Shown here: one piece after another, positions 29,007 through 39,320 of the stretch
Layout of the letters: each line of letters begins with the position of its first letter
Numbering within the stretch: the first letter of the stretch is position 1
Source of the DNA: Candidatus Helarchaeota archaeon
GTDB taxonomy: Archaea > Asgardarchaeota > Lokiarchaeia > Helarchaeales > RDOG01
Assembly: GCA_019058315.1 (NCBI GenBank)
Contig: JAHPZH010000004.1
Coordinates: 480,001 to 544,000 of the forward strand
Reading direction: 5' to 3'
Length of the DNA: 64,000 nucleotides
Program-made: the position numbers and the translations under genes
The notes under the pieces: model-generated
The model's database searches: none
The model's input: the letters and a program-made list of their open reading frames with translations, nothing else
What the model was told of the DNA's origin: nothing

Positions 29007-32000
29007 TTAATGTTCATTATATGTTGGTAATTTAATAATCACCTCTGTTCCTTTTCCAAAAGTGCTATTAAGATTTATTTTTCCTTTATGTTTTTCAATT
29101 ATACCACGACAAATTGATAGTCCAAGCCCAGTTCCTTTCCCAATCTGTTTAGTAGAAAAGAACGGTTCAAAAACCCTAGGCAAATCAGATTCTCTAATTC
29201 CTTTGCCATTATCAATTACTTTAATTTCTACGCTACCATTTATTTTTGAAAAGGCAATTTTAATTCTGGGTTTTTCCTTAACAAATTCTAAAGCATCGAT
29301 AGAATTTGTTATTAGATTTTGGAGTACTTGAAAAAGAAGTACTCTATCTGCATCTAAAATAATATCTTTTTCCTTTTCAAATATAATTTCGATATTTCTT
29401 TCTTTTATTTTTGAAGATATGGCAGGGAGTTCAATAAGGTCCTTTAATAATGAACAGAGATCAAACTTTTTTACATTCAAATCCATTTTCCTTGAAAATT
29501 GAAGCAGATCTTTCACAATTTGAGCACAGAATTTAACTTGATCCTTAATAGCTGAAATTTCCTTATGTAAAATTTCAACATTAGGAGGAGTTTTTTCATT
29601 ACTTACTATAGCTGAAATATAATCTGCCTTTAGAGTAATATTTGCTAGTGGAGTGTTGAGTTCATGAGCGACACCTGCCGCAAGCTGACCTACGGCTGCT
29701 AATTTATCTTTTTCTATCAGCTCTTCTTGAAGCTCTGTCACATCTCTACCACTAGCTTGGACTCCAATAATTTTACCAGTATTATCCTTAATTACAGTAC
29801 CGCTAAATTTAACAGTTCTAATTCCCTTTGGGACTATTAATCGAACTTCAAATCCAATTTGTGGGTTTTCGACTTTTATTATATTTCTTAGAGTGTTAGC
29901 TGTTTTTTCTATATCTTCGGGATATACATATTCAGAAAAATGTACTCCAATTAGCTGTTCTGAAGATTTTTGGAAAAATTCTGCTGCGGCAGGGTTTGCA
30001 AAAGTGACTTTTCCGTCTTTACTAGCACGTATTATTATATCTTGAGAAAGATCCGCTATACTCTTAAATTTCTCCTCACTTCTTTTCAATTCATTCTCTA
30101 TTTTCTCACGTTCTCTTATTTCCATTTGCAATTTTCTATTCGATAAAACTAGTTCACTTGTCCTTTCTTCTATCATTTTTTCAAGATGATGTCGATATGC
30201 CATCAATTCCATTTCAGCTTCCTTTTTTTCTGTGATATCCCTCGAAATAGTAAGCATTTTTATTTTTCCATCATTATCTTTAAATGCTCTTCCATTTACT
30301 TCAAGATAAATGTAATGGCCATCATTATGCTTCACTCTGATTTCATAAGCTGCCTCGCCAGTCTCTAATATCTTTTTAAAATTATCTAAAAGTTTTTGAC
30401 GGTCTTCTAGGTGAAAATTTTTATCACTTAATTCTAATAGTTCGTCCTTCGTATAACCTAACATTTTAGAATGAACGTTAAAATTCAGATATTCTTGTTT
30501 AAATTCATCATTAATAACGGCAATTAAATCATTAGCGTTCTCTGAAATCAAGCGATATTTTTCTTCAGACTCTTTAAGTTTTTGCTGAGCAAGTTCACGT
30601 TCAGTAACATCAGTATTAAAGGCTAAAATACAATCTTCTTCTATAAACGGATAATTTATGGCTAAAGCCTCGATAAATATTACTTTTCCGTCACGACGAA
30701 TTCCTCGAAATATAAGTGGGTGATCCATTCCTTTATCTTTTCTAATATTTCTTTCAAGTTCGATAAGTATAGGTAGATCATCTTTATGAATAAGATCTCT
30801 GACAGATCGACCTGTTAGGTCAGATGGAGATTCATATCCAAATAGTTGGCTTTCCTTCTCGTTACACATAATAATTTTATCATATTTCATGACTATGTTT
30901 CCATAAATGGCTTTTTCGAAAAGGTTCCGGTATTTATCTTCGGAATCTTTGAGTTTTTGCTCTGCTTTTATCCGCTCCTCTATATCCCTACCGATAACTA
31001 ATAATTTATCCTTCCCATCTGGACCAATAAATAATTTTCCCTTTAATTCTAACCAAATATATGACTTATCCTTCTTTCTAAGCCTTGCCTCAACGATTCC
31101 TTCCCCTTTTTCATAATTTTGTTTCCAAACAGTAATTCCTCTTAATGCATCATCTGCATGCATAAATTTTACAGCATCATATCCAAATAACTCATCTCTC
31201 TCATATCCTAAAATCTTAAGAACTTGTTCGTTAAAATATTCAATTTTAAATTTATTGTCTAGAACAACAATTAAATCATTTGCATTTTCTGTAATTAAAC
31301 GATATTTTTCTTCAGATTCCTTAAGTTTTTGCTCTGCTTCTTTTTTTTCCGTAATATCTCTAGAGACAAAAATTGCTTTAATTTTGCTACTTTCATCTTT
31401 TAATGTTTTTCCTTTGGAATCTAACCAAATATAATGTCCATCTTTATGCCTGAATCGTGATTCAATTGATCCCTCACCAACTATTACTCCTTTTGCTATA
31501 TTGTTTAATAATATTTCCATTTCTTCTGGATGTATAAAATCAGTGATTCGTCTTCCAATTAATTCTTCTCTTGAGTAACCTAATATATTAGAAAAAGCTG
31601 GTGCATTTATATATTCATATCTCCCTTTATTATTTACGACTGATATTAAGTCATTAGCATTTTCAGTTATAAGACGATATTTTTCTTCAGATTCCTTGAG
31701 GTTTTGTTCTGATTTTATCTTATCTGTTACATCTATCATAATCGCTAGATCAGCAGGTCGACCTTCATAAGATATTGTATTAGAAAAATTTTCATACCAA
31801 ATTGGCTCACCTGTTTTTTTAATAGCTTGAATCTCATATTGGAATACATCGGTTTTTATAGCCAACTGTTTATTCAATGCTTGCTTGGCAATGAAATCCC
31901 TATAATCAGGGTGGATTACTTTAAGAAATTCTCCTGGCTCCCAATTTGTAACTTCTTCAATTGTATATCCAAACATATCTGCCGCACGTTGATTAATATA

Positions 32001-35000
32001 TTTTATCAAATTATCTTGTATTATAATAATTCCTACCAAAGATTGTTCGCTAATAGTTCTGAATTTTTCTTCAGATTCTTTAAGTTCTTGATCAGCTTTT
32101 TTGCGTTCGTTAATGTCTCTACCTACAAATAAGAATTTTTCTTTCCCTTCTCCATCGAAGAATCTCCTCCCTTTTATTTCCACCCAGATATAATTTCCAT
32201 TTTTTTTCTTAACTCTTGTTTCAAATCTTGCTTCTCTTTTTTTCCAATTATTCCTTCCTTCTTTAAGACCATTGATTAAATCATCTGGATGACATATTTG
32301 AAGAATATCTTTACCAATTAAATCTTCTCTTGTATATCCTAAAATTCTTTGATGAGCCTCTTCATTAATATAATCCATTTTGAATTTCGGATTTAAAATG
32401 ACAAGTAAATCATTTACATTTTCTGTTATAAGTCGGTATTTCTCTTCAGATTCTATTAATTTTTGTTCTGCAATTTTACGTTCAGTTATATCAATGACTG
32501 TAGTTAATATTGTACTAGTTCCCCTATATTTGAAAGTATTTGAATAAATTTCAACCCATTTTTCCTTCCCTGATTTTGTAATCATTCTATAATTATCAAA
32601 GGTTTTACTTTTTTCTTTGGATTGAAAACTTTTTAATCTATTAGACGCTTTTGAAGTATGTACTCGATGAACTCTGCCCATTAGATCCTTAACTGACCAT
32701 TGCATTAACTCTTCAATAGTAACATCATTGATTTTTGCCATTACTTCATTTGCATATATTAAGGAGTCATTTTGGATAATGCAAATTCCAACTAATGACT
32801 GTTCTGAAATTTTTCTAAATTTTTCTTCTGAATCTTTCAGTACTTGTTCAGCTATTTTACGTTCAGTAATATCTCTTGAGATAAATAATAATCTATTTCT
32901 ACCTTTCTCATCAGTAAAACGCTTTCCACGTGTTTCGAGCCAAACATAATTTCCATCCTTTTTTCTGATTCTGAATTGAACCGATAGTGAGTCATCTAGT
33001 CCAAATTTCCCTAAATAGAGTACTCCAAGTCTAGCTAAATCATCAGGATGAATTATATCTAATCCATTCATCGGTTTTTTACCGTTCCCACCCAATAATT
33101 CATCTTTTGAATAGCCAAGCGTATGTAATGCAGCTTCATTGCAATAGAGATAATTGAAATTTCCCTTATGAACAGTTATAAGATCATTTAAATTTTCAGT
33201 AATTAACCGGTATTTTTCTTCAGATTCTCTCAATTTCTGTTCTGAAATTTTTTCATTGCTTATATCAATAATAATACCTCGTACACCTTCTTTTTCTTGA
33301 AGTTCATTATAGAATTTTTGTGAATATTCCCTTAACCACCGAACTTCTCCGTTTTTGTTAATGATACGATATTGTTTAGTGTCACTTCTATCTGAAATTT
33401 CATAAAAATGTTTAATTTCCTCATTTAATCTTTGTTTATCATCTGGGTGAATGAGTTGATCCCAATTTATCTTCTCTGATAAGAAATCTTCCTCTGAATA
33501 TCCAGTAATTTCCTCTAGTGAGCCATGGATAAAATCAGCAACAAAATCTTGATATCCTTGAAATGCGATACCTTGAAAATTTTCAATAAATGAACGATAT
33601 CTTTCTTCGGATTCTTTAAGTTTAATTTCTGCTTGTTTACGTTCAGAAATATCACGGATGAAAATTGCGACTAAATCATCAGAAAAATAAAGAAGGCGAG
33701 CTTCGAAATTTATAATTTTATTATTAATTGGTAGTGCATATTCAATAACCTGAGGTTGTTGTGTGCTAATAGTTTTTTTGACTGTTTCGAAAACTAGTTT
33801 TCCTTCTTTGGGAGGTAAAATATCACACATTCTCTGGGTTAGAAATTCTTCTGGAGGTAGATAAAGATCGTCTCTTCTTCCTTTATAATCCAAAATGGTA
33901 GTATCTTCAGTAACCATGAAGAATAAGTCTGGAATAGAATGAAAAATTCGTTTAAATTTTTCTTCGGATTCTTTAAGTAGATTTTCAGCAAATTTTTGTT
34001 CTGATATATCTTGCATAATTACTTGTACCAAATTTTGACTATCAATTTCAATAAGAGAAGTATATAATCTTACCCAAATAGGGGAACCATCTTTTTTGTT
34101 TGCTTGAAATTCAATAGGTAGAACATTCTTGCCCTTAATGAGATTATTCAATCTCCTATTCAATTTTGATAGGAGTTCAGGTTGAGATTTAATGAATTCT
34201 GAGAAATTACTTCCAACTAAATCGTCTTTTGTATATTGTGCCAAATCACTTACATTATCATTGCAATCTACGATTATACCGTCTAAACCTGCTATAAAAA
34301 TAGCTAGAGGTGAATTTTCGAATAAAATTCGGTATTTTTCTTCGGATTCTTTAAGTTTATTTTCTGCAATTTTTTTATCCGTTACATCTATTATTGTAAT
34401 TAAATCTGCTAAACCATTTTCATAAGAAATAGTTTTAGAATAATTTTCAACGAACCTAACTTGTCCGGTTTTAGTAATTATTCGTGTATTATAAAAATCA
34501 AACGCATCTTTATTTCCTTTTGTCATTTTTTCCGCTTTTTCTAAAATAAATTGGAAATCTTCAGGATGAAATAATTTTTGAAATGCTCCTTGATCCCAAT
34601 CCATTATTTCTTTAACTGAATATCCAGAAATTTTTGCTGCAGCTTCGTTGACATATTTCACGAAACCATCTTGAAAGATGACAATTGCAAGAGAAAAATG
34701 TTCAGATATGGTTCTAAACTTTTCTTCAGATTCTAAAAGTTGTTGTTCTGCTCTTTTCCGTTCACCAATCTCTCTAGATACGAATAAAGCTTTCTCTTTC
34801 CCATCTATATCCTTATATATTTTTCCTTTGGTTTCAAGCCATATATAATTTCCGTTCTTATGTCTATATCTAAATTCTTCTCCTCCTTCCCTTTCTTCAA
34901 AACCTTTTTTTAATGCTTCAAGAACTCTTCGTTGATCATCAGGATGAATGAAATTAAGGGCATCTTTCCCAATCAATTCATCTTTTTGATATCCAATGAT

Positions 35001-38000
35001 TCTCTGATGAACTTGTGAGTTAATATAATCAAATTTAAACCTTTCATTTAAAACAGAAATCAAATCATTTGCATTTTCAGTTATAAGCCGATATTTTCTT
35101 TCAGATTCCTTTAATTCTTCTTCTGCTTTTTTACGTTCAGTAATGTCGTTTATAACTGCAGCTATTTGAATAACTTCTCCACTTTCTTTCCTAATAAAAT
35201 AGGTTTTGAACTCTATCGGAATCTTTCTACCTTCTTTATTCTTTAAATAAGTTAATATAGGTGGTAACTCTTCTCCTTTTAACGCTTTTCCAAAAGCCTC
35301 CATAATTTTTTCTAACTCATCTTCTACTACAGTTTTTTTAGAAAGTTCTATTCCGTTTATTCCTATTAATTCATTATATTTATATCCCGTCAGTTTTTCA
35401 TAAGCTGGATTTGTAAATGCGACTGTTCCATCTCTATTAAATAGAATTAGTGCTTCATCTATGTTATCGGTAATGACTTTACTTTGTATAAAATAATGTT
35501 CTGCTTTTTTACGTTCAGTAATATCATTAGCGATTCCAAGAATAGCATAGGGTTTTCCTTGTCGGTAAATAAGGGAAGCTTCGATTTCCACCCAAATATA
35601 TTCGCCATTTTTAGTTATTAGTTTATATTCAGCAGTATTTTTCTGATATCCATAATTTTTAATCTCTTCAAGGAGTTCAAAGGCTTTTGATAGTTGGTCT
35701 TTATCAAGGAATGAAGTAAAATTAAGGGAAGGTATATCTTTTCTCTCGTATCCAAGCATTTTTAACGCAGTATCATTGGCATCCAAGAAATCACCATTAA
35801 AATCATGTATATATACTGCATAAATTGATCTATCAAAAATTGCCCTAAATCTAGCTTTACTTTCTAATAATTTTTCCTCGTCCTTTTTTCTGTTGGTAAT
35901 ATCACTAACGACTCCCCGTATTCCTATAATTTCTCCATCTTTATAAATGGGACGGGAATGGATTCTACCCCAAAATTCGGAATTGTCTTTTTTTCTTAAT
36001 AAAATGTCTGCTGGTCCAAGAGTTTCGCCTTTAAGAATTTTATTAACTTGCTTTGTCGCTATATCTAAGTCTATTGGAGAAATCATTTGAGTAACATTTA
36101 ATCCATTCATAAGTTCTTCATTAGTGTATCCAAATTTTTCAAGTGCAGCTTGATTAGTATAAATTAGATCCAAATTAGCATTGGTTTCGAAAATTAAATC
36201 AGGCAATAAATTCAAGGTGTTTCTAAATTTTTCTTCAGATTCTCTGAGTTTCTGTTCTGCCTCTCTCCTTTTAGTAGCATCAATGAAGGTAATTAACGCT
36301 GCATTCTTTCCTTGAAATTTAATAGTTTTACCAAATGTGTCGACCCATTTTAATTTTCCAGATTTTGTTACTATTCGATAATGGTCATGTGTTATCCCAT
36401 CACGTTCCCCTTTTTGTACTATTTCGGCTTCTTTTTTGCCATATGAGAAATTATCTTCGGTCACTAATTTAAAAAGCTCATTAGACTTCCAATCTAACAT
36501 TTCTTTAATGGAGTATTCAACAATTTCTGATACTGCCTCGTTTGCATATTTAATTGAATTATTTTGTAAAATACAAATTCCCATTAAGGATTGCTCTGTA
36601 ATTGTTCTGAACTGTTCTTCAGATTCCTTTAATCTCTCTTCAGCTTGTTTGCGTTCAGATATATCTCTTGATATTATTAATAGCTTCTTTTTCCCATCTC
36701 TACCAATGAACGTATTTGCTTTACATTCAAACCAAATATAATGTCCATTTATATGTTTAAGTCTAATCTCTCCTGTTTCTAGTTCATCGGTATCAAAACA
36801 TTTTTTTATTAATTTTAGTGTTTTTTCGAAATCATCTGGATGTATTTGACCAAGTTCACGATTTACTGTTGCATTGGGAATAGCAACTCCTAAAATTCGT
36901 TTCTGTGTTTCCTCATTAAAATACTCAACTTTGAGCTTATCGTCTACTACAGTTATCATATCCATTGAATTTTCGGAAAGTAATCGATATTTTTCTTCGG
37001 ACTCCATCAGTTTTTGTTTTACTATTTTTCGTCCTGTTATATCTCTTCCTATAAGTAATATTTTTCCATTTCCATTATTATCGGTGAATTTTTTCCATTT
37101 AGTTTCAATCCACAAATTAGTCCTATTTTTTGTTATCATTCTATGTTCAATAATACCCTCCCCTACTTCCCAATTATTCTTTATATCTTCAATAATTTTT
37201 GTAAGGTCTTTGGGATGAATAAATCTGGTAGTATCCTTACCAATTACTTCATCTTTTGTATATCCTAATAATTTTTGATGGACTTCTTCATTAATATATT
37301 CAACTTTAAATTTATCATTAATAATTGAAATTAAATCATTGGCGTTTTCCGAAATTAGTCTATATTTTTCTTCGGATTCCTTTAATTTTTGTTCCACATT
37401 CTTTTTTTCTGTAATATCTATACATGTTATCATATCTGCAAGTTTTCCATTAAACATTATTGACTTTGAATATAGATCTATCCATTTTACCTCCCCTGAT
37501 TTTGAAAAAAACCTGCAAGGATAATTGATTACAATATTTTTATCGCCTAATTGTTTTTTCCTTAATTGCTCCAATACAAAAGCCATATCTTCTGGATGTA
37601 TTTTTTTAGTAAAATCGACTATAGTCCATTCTAATATTTTTGAAATGGAATAACCTGACAAGATTGATAAAGCATCATTAGCATATTTGATTTCATTATC
37701 TTGAATAATGGTAATTCCCATTAGAGATTGCTCGGCAATTGTTCTGAATTTATCTTCAGATTCTTTAACTACTTGTTCCACTTCCTTGCGCTCAGTTATA
37801 TCTCTCCAAATTAAAATAGCTTTAAGTTCTTTATTTTTACTAATAAAAGTTCTTCCTCTTACTTCTAGCCAAATATATGTGCCATCTTTTCGTTTGTATC
37901 GTAGTTCCCTACCAATATTTTCAAAATCATATTCATAAGAGGTAAATGGATGCTCAAGGTCTTCAGGATATAAAAATTCTGCCATGGGCATTCCAATTAA

Positions 38001-39260
38001 TTCATCTTTTGAGTATCCCAATATTCTAAAATGGGGTTCTTCATTGATGTATTCGTATTCAAGTTTAGAATTAAAGATGGTGATTAAATCATTTGCATTT
38101 TTTGAAATTAACCGATAATTTTCTTCAGACTCCCTTAATCTTATTTCTGCTTCTTTACGTTCAGTGATGTCTCGGACTACTCCTTGAATAAATTCTTTTC
38201 CTCCTATTTCAAATAAGCTTGCTGATACATCAGCTGGAAATATCTCCCCATTTCTTTTAAGGAAATTAATCTCGTAGTTTACAAATCCATCTTGAGTAAT
38301 TGTTTCAAATGCCCACTTAGATTTATCAAGATCTTCAGTTAGATGAAGGTCTGAAATTTTTAATGATAATATTTCATTTCTTGAATATCCGAATTGATCC
38401 AAAGCTTTTTGATTTATATCTATGATATTACCCTCTAAATCATGTATAATAATCGCATCATTTGAATGGTGGAAAATATTGCTAAATTTCTCCTCACTTT
38501 CCTTTAACTCCCTTTCAGCTTGTAAGTGATCAGTGATATCACGGGAGACTCCTATTAATATATCCATGTCTCCCCATTTTGCTTGAGTGACCTTTGTCTC
38601 AACAGGGATAACTGATCCATCTTTAGCTATTAATGGAATAGGACAAACCGAAATTTCACCCGTTAATAACTGAGAAATTATTTTCTTAAACTCTTCATGT
38701 CGATTTGGGGGGTGCACTTTAGTGAAAGGCTGTTCATAGAGCTCCTTAAATGAATATCCCAAACGTTTTTCCACTATTGCGTTAATTTGAATGATTCTTC
38801 CTTTAGAATCCAGTATAAATAAGAAGTCCTCTATGGTATCAAATAGAGTCTCAAGTTTATTTTTGTTTCCTTGCAATTCTTCTTGCATTTGCTTCCGTTC
38901 TGAAATATCTCTTGCTATACTTAAAACTGCTGGTTTATCTTCAAATTCAATAATTGTACTACTCAATTCTATTGGTATTATTCTTCCATCTTTTGTCACA
39001 TGAGCAGTTTCAATAATGAATCGACCTTTTTTCTGTAATTCTTTTATCCTTTCAGGTACTTTAGTTGCGAATTCGGGGCTATCTATATCACTTGGAGTCA
39101 TCTGCAATAGTTCTTCTTTATTATAGCCCAATCGTTCACAAGCAGTCTCATTTACGTCTAAAAAATGTCCTTCTAGGTCAAGTATAAAAATTGCGTCATT
39201 TAACTGTTGAAAAACATTACTATATTTTGCCTCATTTTGTTGGAGTTCGAATTTATCCAT
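29007..39260 (-). CDS. Giant cytoplasmic sensor histidine kinase: ~25 PAS + HisKA/HATPase (3417 aa)
   Basis: 25 PAS units counted, LEKMIEERTSEL signalling helix, canonical AHELNTPL, all ATP boxes intact, AGGAGGT SD upstream. Confidence 0.93.
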   Translation of the reverse strand: MDKFELQQNEAKYSNVFQQLNDAIFILDLEGHFLDVNETACERLGYNKEELLQMTPSDIDSPEFATKVPERIKELQKKGRFIIETAHVTKDGRIIPIELSSTIIEFEDKPAVLSIARDISERKQMQEELQGNKNKLETLFDTIEDFLFILDSKGRIIQINAIVEKRLGYSFKELYEQPFTKVHPPNRHEEFKKIISQLLTGEISVCPIPLIAKDGSVIPVETKVTQAKWGDMDILIGVSRDITDHLQAERELKESEEKFSNIFHHSNDAIIIHDLEGNIIDINQKALDQFGYSRNEILSLKISDLHLTEDLDKSKWAFETITQDGFVNYEINFLKRNGEIFPADVSASLFEIGGKEFIQGVVRDITERKEAEIRLRESEENYRLISKNANDLITIFNSKLEYEYINEEPHFRILGYSKDELIGMPMAEFLYPEDLEHPFTSYEYDFENIGRELRYKRKDGTYIWLEVRGRTFISKNKELKAILIWRDITERKEVEQVVKESEDKFRTIAEQSLMGITIIQDNEIKYANDALSILSGYSISKILEWTIVDFTKKIHPEDMAFVLEQLRKKQLGDKNIVINYPCRFFSKSGEVKWIDLYSKSIMFNGKLADMITCIDITEKKNVEQKLKESEEKYRLISENANDLISIINDKFKVEYINEEVHQKLLGYTKDEVIGKDTTRFIHPKDLTKIIEDIKNNWEVGEGIIEHRMITKNRTNLWIETKWKKFTDNNGNGKILLIGRDITGRKIVKQKLMESEEKYRLLSENSMDMITVVDDKLKVEYFNEETQKRILGVAIPNATVNRELGQIHPDDFEKTLKLIKKCFDTDELETGEIRLKHINGHYIWFECKANTFIGRDGKKKLLIISRDISERKQAEERLKESEEQFRTITEQSLMGICILQNNSIKYANEAVSEIVEYSIKEMLDWKSNELFKLVTEDNFSYGKKEAEIVQKGERDGITHDHYRIVTKSGKLKWVDTFGKTIKFQGKNAALITFIDATKRREAEQKLRESEEKFRNTLNLLPDLIFETNANLDLIYTNQAALEKFGYTNEELMNGLNVTQMISPIDLDIATKQVNKILKGETLGPADILLRKKDNSEFWGRIHSRPIYKDGEIIGIRGVVSDITNRKKDEEKLLESKARFRAIFDRSIYAVYIHDFNGDFLDANDTALKMLGYERKDIPSLNFTSFLDKDQLSKAFELLEEIKNYGYQKNTAEYKLITKNGEYIWVEIEASLIYRQGKPYAILGIANDITERKKAEHYFIQSKVITDNIDEALILFNRDGTVAFTNPAYEKLTGYKYNELIGINGIELSKKTVVEDELEKIMEAFGKALKGEELPPILTYLKNKEGRKIPIEFKTYFIRKESGEVIQIAAVINDITERKKAEEELKESERKYRLITENANDLISVLNERFKFDYINSQVHQRIIGYQKDELIGKDALNFIHPDDQRRVLEALKKGFEEREGGEEFRYRHKNGNYIWLETKGKIYKDIDGKEKALFVSREIGERKRAEQQLLESEEKFRTISEHFSLAIVIFQDGFVKYVNEAAAKISGYSVKEIMDWDQGAFQKLFHPEDFQFILEKAEKMTKGNKDAFDFYNTRIITKTGQVRFVENYSKTISYENGLADLITIIDVTDKKIAENKLKESEEKYRILFENSPLAIFIAGLDGIIVDCNDNVSDLAQYTKDDLVGSNFSEFIKSQPELLSKLNRRLNNLIKGKNVLPIEFQANKKDGSPIWVRLYTSLIEIDSQNLVQVIMQDISEQKFAENLLKESEEKFKRIFHSIPDLFFMVTEDTTILDYKGRRDDLYLPPEEFLTQRMCDILPPKEGKLVFETVKKTISTQQPQVIEYALPINNKIINFEARLLYFSDDLVAIFIRDISERKQAEIKLKESEERYRSFIENFQGIAFQGYQDFVADFIHGSLEEITGYSEEDFLSEKINWDQLIHPDDKQRLNEEIKHFYEISDRSDTKQYRIINKNGEVRWLREYSQKFYNELQEKEGVRGIIIDISNEKISEQKLRESEEKYRLITENLNDLITVHKGNFNYLYCNEAALHTLGYSKDELLGGNGKKPMNGLDIIHPDDLARLGVLYLGKFGLDDSLSVQFRIRKKDGNYVWLETRGKRFTDEKGRNRLLFISRDITERKIAEQVLKDSEEKFRKISEQSLVGICIIQNDSLIYANEVMAKINDVTIEELMQWSVKDLMGRVHRVHTSKASNRLKSFQSKEKSKTFDNYRMITKSGKEKWVEIYSNTFKYRGTSTILTTVIDITERKIAEQKLIESEEKYRLITENVNDLLVILNPKFKMDYINEEAHQRILGYTREDLIGKDILQICHPDDLINGLKEGRNNWKKREARFETRVKKKNGNYIWVEIKGRRFFDGEGKEKFLFVGRDINERKKADQELKESEEKFRTISEQSLVGIIIIQDNLIKYINQRAADMFGYTIEEVTNWEPGEFLKVIHPDYRDFIAKQALNKQLAIKTDVFQYEIQAIKKTGEPIWYENFSNTISYEGRPADLAIMIDVTDKIKSEQNLKESEEKYRLITENANDLISVVNNKGRYEYINAPAFSNILGYSREELIGRRITDFIHPEEMEILLNNIAKGVIVGEGSIESRFRHKDGHYIWLDSKGKTLKDESSKIKAIFVSRDITEKKEAEQKLKESEEKYRLITENANDLIVVLDNKFKIEYFNEQVLKILGYERDELFGYDAVKFMHADDALRGITVWKQNYEKGEGIVEARLRKKDKSYIWLELKGKLFIGPDGKDKLLVIGRDIEERIKAEQKLKDSEDKYRNLFEKAIYGNIVMKYDKIIMCNEKESQLFGYESPSDLTGRSVRDLIHKDDLPILIELERNIRKDKGMDHPLIFRGIRRDGKVIFIEALAINYPFIEEDCILAFNTDVTERELAQQKLKESEEKYRLISENANDLIAVINDEFKQEYLNFNVHSKMLGYTKDELLELSDKNFHLEDRQKLLDNFKKILETGEAAYEIRVKHNDGHYIYLEVNGRAFKDNDGKIKMLTISRDITEKKEAEMELMAYRHHLEKMIEERTSELVLSNRKLQMEIREREKIENELKRSEEKFKSIADLSQDIIIRASKDGKVTFANPAAAEFFQKSSEQLIGVHFSEYVYPEDIEKTANTLRNIIKVENPQIGFEVRLIVPKGIRTVKFSGTVIKDNTGKIIGVQASGRDVTELQEELIEKDKLAAVGQLAAGVAHELNTPLANITLKADYISAIVSNEKTPPNVEILHKEISAIKDQVKFCAQIVKDLLQFSRKMDLNVKKFDLCSLLKDLIELPAISSKIKERNIEIIFEKEKDIILDADRVLLFQVLQNLITNSIDALEFVKEKPRIKIAFSKINGSVEIKVIDNGKGIRESDLPRVFEPFFSTKQIGKGTGLGLSICRGIIEKHKGKINLNSTFGKGTEVIIKLPTYNEH

Positions 39261-39267
39261 AATATAC

Positions 39268-39281
39268 CTCCTTTAAAGGAG
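39268..39281 (-). promoter_or_regulatory. Perfect 14-bp palindrome CTCCTTTAAAGGAG overlapping the SD of the 3417-aa kinase
   Basis: The minus strand reads ctcct-ttaa-aggag-gt-atatt-ATG. Confidence 0.45.
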
Positions 39282-39320
39282 TTAAGAAAAGTATAAATGT
39301 TAAATAAAAATTAAAATGAT

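Noticed and set aside
92-39003. Dozens of 60-140-aa antisense or alternate-frame ORFs inside the kinases, many similar to each other (e.g. FSVIxxYFSSDS)
   Set aside because: They are shadows of the repeated ESEEKYRLITEN linker and the conserved kinase boxes, with no independent coding evidence.
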